From the IMG/VR virus record IMGVR_UViG_3300011113_000396, positions 32,001 through 96,000 of that record: a DNA stretch of 64,000 bases. One strand, written 5' to 3'. The DNA comes from a virus. Positions 60,039 through 64,000 of the stretch are shown in pieces. Within the stretch, counting starts at the first letter, position 1, and every line of letters starts with the position of its first letter. Under the pieces are notes generated by a model. That model was not told the DNA's origin, did not search any database, and saw nothing but the letters and a program-made list of their open reading frames with translations. The position numbers were made by a program, and so were the translations under genes.

Positions 60039-61802
60039 ATGCAATTACCGACCCCATACCAGAGTTTTATCCATTCTTCGCGTTATGCTCGTTGGATAGA
60101 GGCAGAATCGCGCAGAGAATCGTGGTCAGAGACTGTTTCTCGTTATTTTAATTTCTTCGAAGAACATTTGAAGAATAACTGCAACTACAAACTTCCCAAG
60201 GAACTACGAAAGGAACTTGAAGCTGCCGTGCTCAATCTAGAAGTCATGCCATCCATGCGTTGTCTCATGACCGCAGGAGAGGCACTTGAGCGCGATCATG
60301 TGGCTGGATATAATTGCTCATACGTTTCTACAAACAAAGTTCGTTCTTTTGATGAAATTTTATATATCCTTATGTGCGGAACCGGTGTCGGGTTTTCCGT
60401 AGAAAGGGAATTCGTTGAAAAACTTCCTACTATTGCTGAAGAATTTACAGATAGCGATTCACTCATTGTGGTTGAAGATTCTAAGATCGGTTGGGCTAAA
60501 GCCTACAAAGAACTATTCTCGCTACTTATTGGTGGTCAGATACCGCGATGGGACATTTCAAAAATTCGCCCTGCGGGAGCGAGACTTAAGACCTTTGGTG
60601 GACGAGCGTCAGGACCTGAACCTCTGGAAGACCTTTTCCGCTTTACCGTTGAAACCTTCCGTAAGGCAGCTGGTCGTAAACTCACGACGGTCGAATGCCA
60701 CGATATCGTATGCAAAATTGCTGAAATCGTCGTTGTAGGTGGCGTTCGTCGTTCTGCTCTCATCTCTCTATCGTCACTTGACGATGACCGTATGCGTAAT
60801 GCAAAGAGCGGTGCATGGTGGGAGAACAATGGTCAACGCGCACTAGCAAACAACTCTGCCTCATACAAGAGCAAGCCAGACATGGAAACCTTCATGGACG
60901 AATGGGTTGCACTTGTCAAGAGCAAGAGCGGTGAGCGTGGTATCTTCAATCGTCAGGCCGCAAAGAACCAGATCAAGCGTCTTGGTGATCGTCGCAATCC
61001 AAACTATGACTTCGGAACCAATCCTTGCTCAGAAATTATTTTGCGTGATCGTGAGTTCTGCAACCTATCTGAAGTCGTGATTCGTGCTGACGATACTCCA
61101 GATACTCTTGCTCGTAAGGTTCGTCTTGCTACCATTCTTGGTACATTCCAGTCAACTCTTACAAAGTTCCGCTACCTGTCAAGCGATTGGCAGAAGAACT
61201 GTGAAGAAGAGCGTCTGCTTGGTGTGTCTCTGACTGGTATCATGGATAACGAGATCACTAATGGTCGTGCGGGTGATCTACCAGATCTACTTGAGCATCT
61301 ACGCCATGTCGCGGTGGATACTAACAAGGAGTATGCTCATAAGCTAAAAATCAACGAGTCTGCTGCAATCACTTGCGTCAAACCTTCAGGGTGTGGAACT
61401 TTAGACACTAAAATTAAAACTACAAATGGTATTATGTCATTTGCTGAGATATTTGAATTCTGTGGAAAAGATCCAGAAAATCTATTAGAGGGATCGTGGG
61501 TACAACCACCTGTTGAATTGTTTGTATATGATCAAAACGACGATCTAAGAAAGGTTACAAATCTCTATGTAAAGGGTATGTCACCCGTATTTGAGATTGA
61601 AGATGAACACGGTAATGTTTATAAATTTTCACCAGAACATAAATTACTGACCAATAATGGTTGGAAGTGTATGCGAGAATTAACTACAGATGACTACATC
61701 ATGTCATTTGATCCTCTTGAAAATCTTAAAACACTATATACTAGTGGTGTATTAAACCAAGAGGAAGTTAATGAATCGAAAGAAAATAAGACGTTATTAT
61801 AA
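60039..61802 (+). CDS. nrdJ: Class II (B12-dependent) ribonucleotide reductase N-fragment (451 aa) + split intein N-half (136 aa)
   Basis: PSMR, YNCS, GTGVGF, GGVRRSA, TNPCSEI..FCNLSE and TCVKPSG, then CGTLDT.I intein block A and SPEHKL block B; start ATG 60039. Confidence 0.92.
   Translation: MQLPTPYQSFIHSSRYARWIEAESRRESWSETVSRYFNFFEEHLKNNCNYKLPKELRKELEAAVLNLEVMPSMRCLMTAGEALERDHVAGYNCSYVSTNKVRSFDEILYILMCGTGVGFSVEREFVEKLPTIAEEFTDSDSLIVVEDSKIGWAKAYKELFSLLIGGQIPRWDISKIRPAGARLKTFGGRASGPEPLEDLFRFTVETFRKAAGRKLTTVECHDIVCKIAEIVVVGGVRRSALISLSSLDDDRMRNAKSGAWWENNGQRALANNSASYKSKPDMETFMDEWVALVKSKSGERGIFNRQAAKNQIKRLGDRRNPNYDFGTNPCSEIILRDREFCNLSEVVIRADDTPDTLARKVRLATILGTFQSTLTKFRYLSSDWQKNCEEERLLGVSLTGIMDNEITNGRAGDLPDLLEHLRHVAVDTNKEYAHKLKINESAAITCVKPSGCGTLDTKIKTTNGIMSFAEIFEFCGKDPENLLEGSWVQPPVELFVYDQNDDLRKVTNLYVKGMSPVFEIEDEHGNVYKFSPEHKLLTNNGWKCMRELTTDDYIMSFDPLENLKTLYTSGVLNQEEVNESKENKTLL
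61392..61802 (+). mobile_element. Split intein N-fragment (NrdJ)
   Basis: Cys1 inserted in the conserved KPSG|T motif; F(S/T)xxH block B; GW....L...D.I. Confidence 0.85.
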
Positions 61803-62409
61803 GGAAAATAAAGGACCAATACCAAAAGGATATGAAATACATCACATAATTCCTCTTTACGAGGGAGGATCAAATGATATTTCAAATCTAATAGCACTTT
61901 CATTTGAAGATCATAAAAAAATACACCATGAAAGATATTTAAAAAATGGTAATGTTAGAGATTTGATGGCTAGTAAAATTGGAATATCATCTTCTCAACT
62001 AAAACTAGAAAAATGTAGATTGGGTGGTAAAAAAGGCGCAGAAACGCAAATAAAAAATAAAATTGGAATTCACTCTCAAACAAAAGAAGAAAGATTGATA
62101 TTAGCGTCCAAGGGTGGTAAACGAGGAGCATTTACTCAATCGAAATGGCAATCTGAATTTGGAAAACGGGGTGGAATCAAAAATAAAGGTTTTGTTTGGT
62201 TGACTAATGGTATTGATAATATTAAATATACAAAAAAACAACAACAATTAAAAAGCATAAAACAGTTCATTGAAGAAAATAAAGACTATAGAATAGGAAG
62301 AACAGAACCTAAACTCATCTGTTCTGTGTGTGGAAAACAATTAAACGCAAGAGCAATCGGAAGATTTCATAACGAAAGGTGTAAACATGGTAAAAATAAA
62401 ATCAATTAA
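61771..62409 (+). mobile_element. HNH homing endonuclease between the nrdJ halves
   Basis: EIHHIIPLYEGGSNDISNL...H...H; repeated GGK.G; C-terminal CSVC..H..RC; AT-rich; own RBS. Confidence 0.87.
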
Positions 62410-63064
62410 AAAACTTTCACCCGAATTTATGGTCGATATAGAGGTAGAGGGTACTCACTCATATCAACTATCCAACGGATGGATTTCTCACAATACAGTT
62501 TCGCAACTTGTGGATGCTGCTTCGGGTATTCATGCTCGTCACGCTAGTTATTACATTCGTCGTGTTCGCGCTGACCGTAAGGACCCAATCTGCCAGTTTA
62601 TGATTGACAAGGGATTCCCTGCCGAGCCATGCGTAATGAAGCCAAACCATACTATGGTCTTCTCATTCCCCATGAAGTCTCCTGAACATTGCATTACTCG
62701 TAATGACATGACCGCTCTTGAGCAGTTGCAACTCTGGCTAACATATCAACAGTACTGGTGCGAACATAAGCCAAGCGTTACCATCACTGTTCGTGATGAG
62801 GAGTGGATGGAAGTCGGGGCGTGGGTATATTCTCACTTCGATGAGATCAGCGGTATTTCGTTCCTTCCGCACTCAGATCATACTTATCGTCAGGCTCCCT
62901 ATGAAGATTGCACTAGAGAGCAATACGAGGCACTTTTGAATAAGATTCCATCAACAGTGGATTGGTCAGAACTGTCTAAGTATGAAAAGGAAGACAACAC
63001 CACTGGCACACAAACATTCAGTTGCACTGCTGGCTCATGTGAGCTAGTAGATTTGACTAAATAA
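62387..63064 (+). CDS. nrdJ: Split intein C-half (36 aa) + NrdJ C-terminal fragment (189 aa)
   Basis: MVKIKSIK..MVDIEVEGTHSY..NGWISHN then T+1 VSQL...SGIH, YIRRVR, W.EHKPS.T, QAPYE and terminal C..G.C. Confidence 0.92.
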   Translation: MVKIKSIKKLSPEFMVDIEVEGTHSYQLSNGWISHNTVSQLVDAASGIHARHASYYIRRVRADRKDPICQFMIDKGFPAEPCVMKPNHTMVFSFPMKSPEHCITRNDMTALEQLQLWLTYQQYWCEHKPSVTITVRDEEWMEVGAWVYSHFDEISGISFLPHSDHTYRQAPYEDCTREQYEALLNKIPSTVDWSELSKYEKEDNTTGTQTFSCTAGSCELVDLTK

Positions 63065-63088
63065 ATTACAATTTAATATTACGCACTG

Positions 63089-63124
63089 GCGACCCTATCG
63101 GTAAAACGATAGGGTCGCTTTTTT
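63089..63124 (+). terminator. Rho-independent terminator after nrdJ
   Basis: GCGACCCTATCG-gtaaaa-CGATAGGGTCGC, 12-bp stem followed by T6. Confidence 0.9.
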
Positions 63125-63137
63125 GCCTAAATAGTAT

Positions 63138-63698
63138 ATGATTGTAGCCGGAATTGATTATTCTTTAACGTGTCCGTGCATTTGCATCTATAATGACTTC
63201 AATAAAAAGAAGGTATTTAAATTTGAAGATTGCATGTTTTTCTTTTTGACAGACATCAAAAAATACGCTGATGTATTTTATAATAACATTCGCGGCGAGC
63301 TTTTTCCAAAATACGATAGCAGTTGCCAGAGGTACGATAGCATTTCAGATTGGGCGGTTGATTTGTTAATTGGATGTGATATGGTTGCAATTGAAGATTA
63401 TGCTTATAATGCTAAAGGAAGAGTATTTCATATAGCAGAAAATACTGGTATATTGAAATATAAACTGTATCAAAAAGCCATTCCAATCGAAGTTGTACAG
63501 CCTACCGTTGTTAAGAAGTTCGCAACAGGTAAAGGTAACTCAGATAAGAATAACATGTACAAGTTCTTTTTAATGGAAACGGCTGCTGATATCAAAGGAA
63601 TCATTACTCCCGGAAAAGACGAATCGACCAATCCGGTTAGTGATGTGGTCGATTCGTATTATATCTGTAAGCACTTATATAAAAGTATGATTACCTAA
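63138..63698 (+). CDS. RuvC-like Holliday junction resolvase/nuclease
   Basis: GIDYS, IEDY, KKFATGKGN..K and D..DSY motifs; late box CCTAAATA at 63126-63133. Confidence 0.75.
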   Translation: MIVAGIDYSLTCPCICIYNDFNKKKVFKFEDCMFFFLTDIKKYADVFYNNIRGELFPKYDSSCQRYDSISDWAVDLLIGCDMVAIEDYAYNAKGRVFHIAENTGILKYKLYQKAIPIEVVQPTVVKKFATGKGNSDKNNMYKFFLMETAADIKGIITPGKDESTNPVSDVVDSYYICKHLYKSMIT

Positions 63699-64000
63699 CC
63701 GTTGGTGGGTTAATCGGTGAAGGTGGAACGACTGGTGATGAAGGCTTTATCTGAGCTTTCTCTAATTGTTCTCTAGCTGCTTTCTGCATAGCTTCTAAGT
63801 ATGCTAATCTCGCTCTACCAGCAATTATGGCTGATTTTTGTATGTCAGTTTCTGATGTTAGTTCTCTACCTAAAAGACCAGCTTCTTCTAATTCATCGTA
63901 AAACTGTTTCTGGTATGAAGTTAAATCACCTGATGGTCTTACTTGAGCTGGCATTTTTGGTTGTTTTAGTAATCTTTCTGTATCAGCTCTCAATCGATCT
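63691..64000 (-). CDS. C-terminal part of a hypothetical protein entering from the right edge
   Basis: Open minus-strand frame converging on the RuvC-like gene. Confidence 0.5.
   Translation of the reverse strand, partial: DRLRADTERLLKQPKMPAQVRPSGDLTSYQKQFYDELEEAGLLGRELTSETDIQKSAIIAGRARLAYLEAMQKAAREQLEKAQIKPSSPVVPPSPINPPTVR

Noticed and set aside
863-62650. Many 60-160-aa alternative-frame and antisense ORFs in the ORF track
   Set aside because: They overlap well-supported genes and lack recognisable motifs; only 55196-55834 and the right-edge ORF are accepted on the minus strand
1-64000. Stop-codon reassignment, tRNA genes, or reverse-transcriptase systems (DGR/retron)
   Set aside because: Core genes are full length in the standard code with TAA, TGA and TAG all used as stops; intergenic gaps are short with no cloverleaf seen; no RT motifs found

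Overview
This window is 64 kb of a large T4-like (myovirus) phage genome, almost entirely + strand. It holds: (1) the neck/tail/head morphogenesis block (gp13, gp14, gp16, gp15 fused to a ~1100-aa extension, gp17, three tail-sheath paralogues, two tail-tube paralogues, gp20-23, gp3); (2) uvsY, uvsW, gp55, gp47/46, gp45/44/62 and regA; (3) a ~12-kb AT-rich glycan-biosynthesis island ending in a GT2-TPR gene, followed by a collagen-like protein and a fibre protein; (4) dut, gp43, uvsX, gp41, gp61, thyX, nrdJ and a RuvC-like gene. The most striking feature is two 'fractured' genes. uvsX and nrdJ are each broken into two ORFs carrying the N- and C-halves of a naturally split intein, with a free-standing HNH endonuclease gene between the halves (on the opposite strand in uvsX). 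Other signals: enrichment of Gly-x-Thr motifs in virion proteins beside the glycosylation island (candidate virion glycosylation system), promoters placed so that transcripts would be leaderless, and an orphan leftward promoter upstream of gp55 (candidate origin or antisense RNA). All calls come from motif recognition and synteny by eye; no database search was run.
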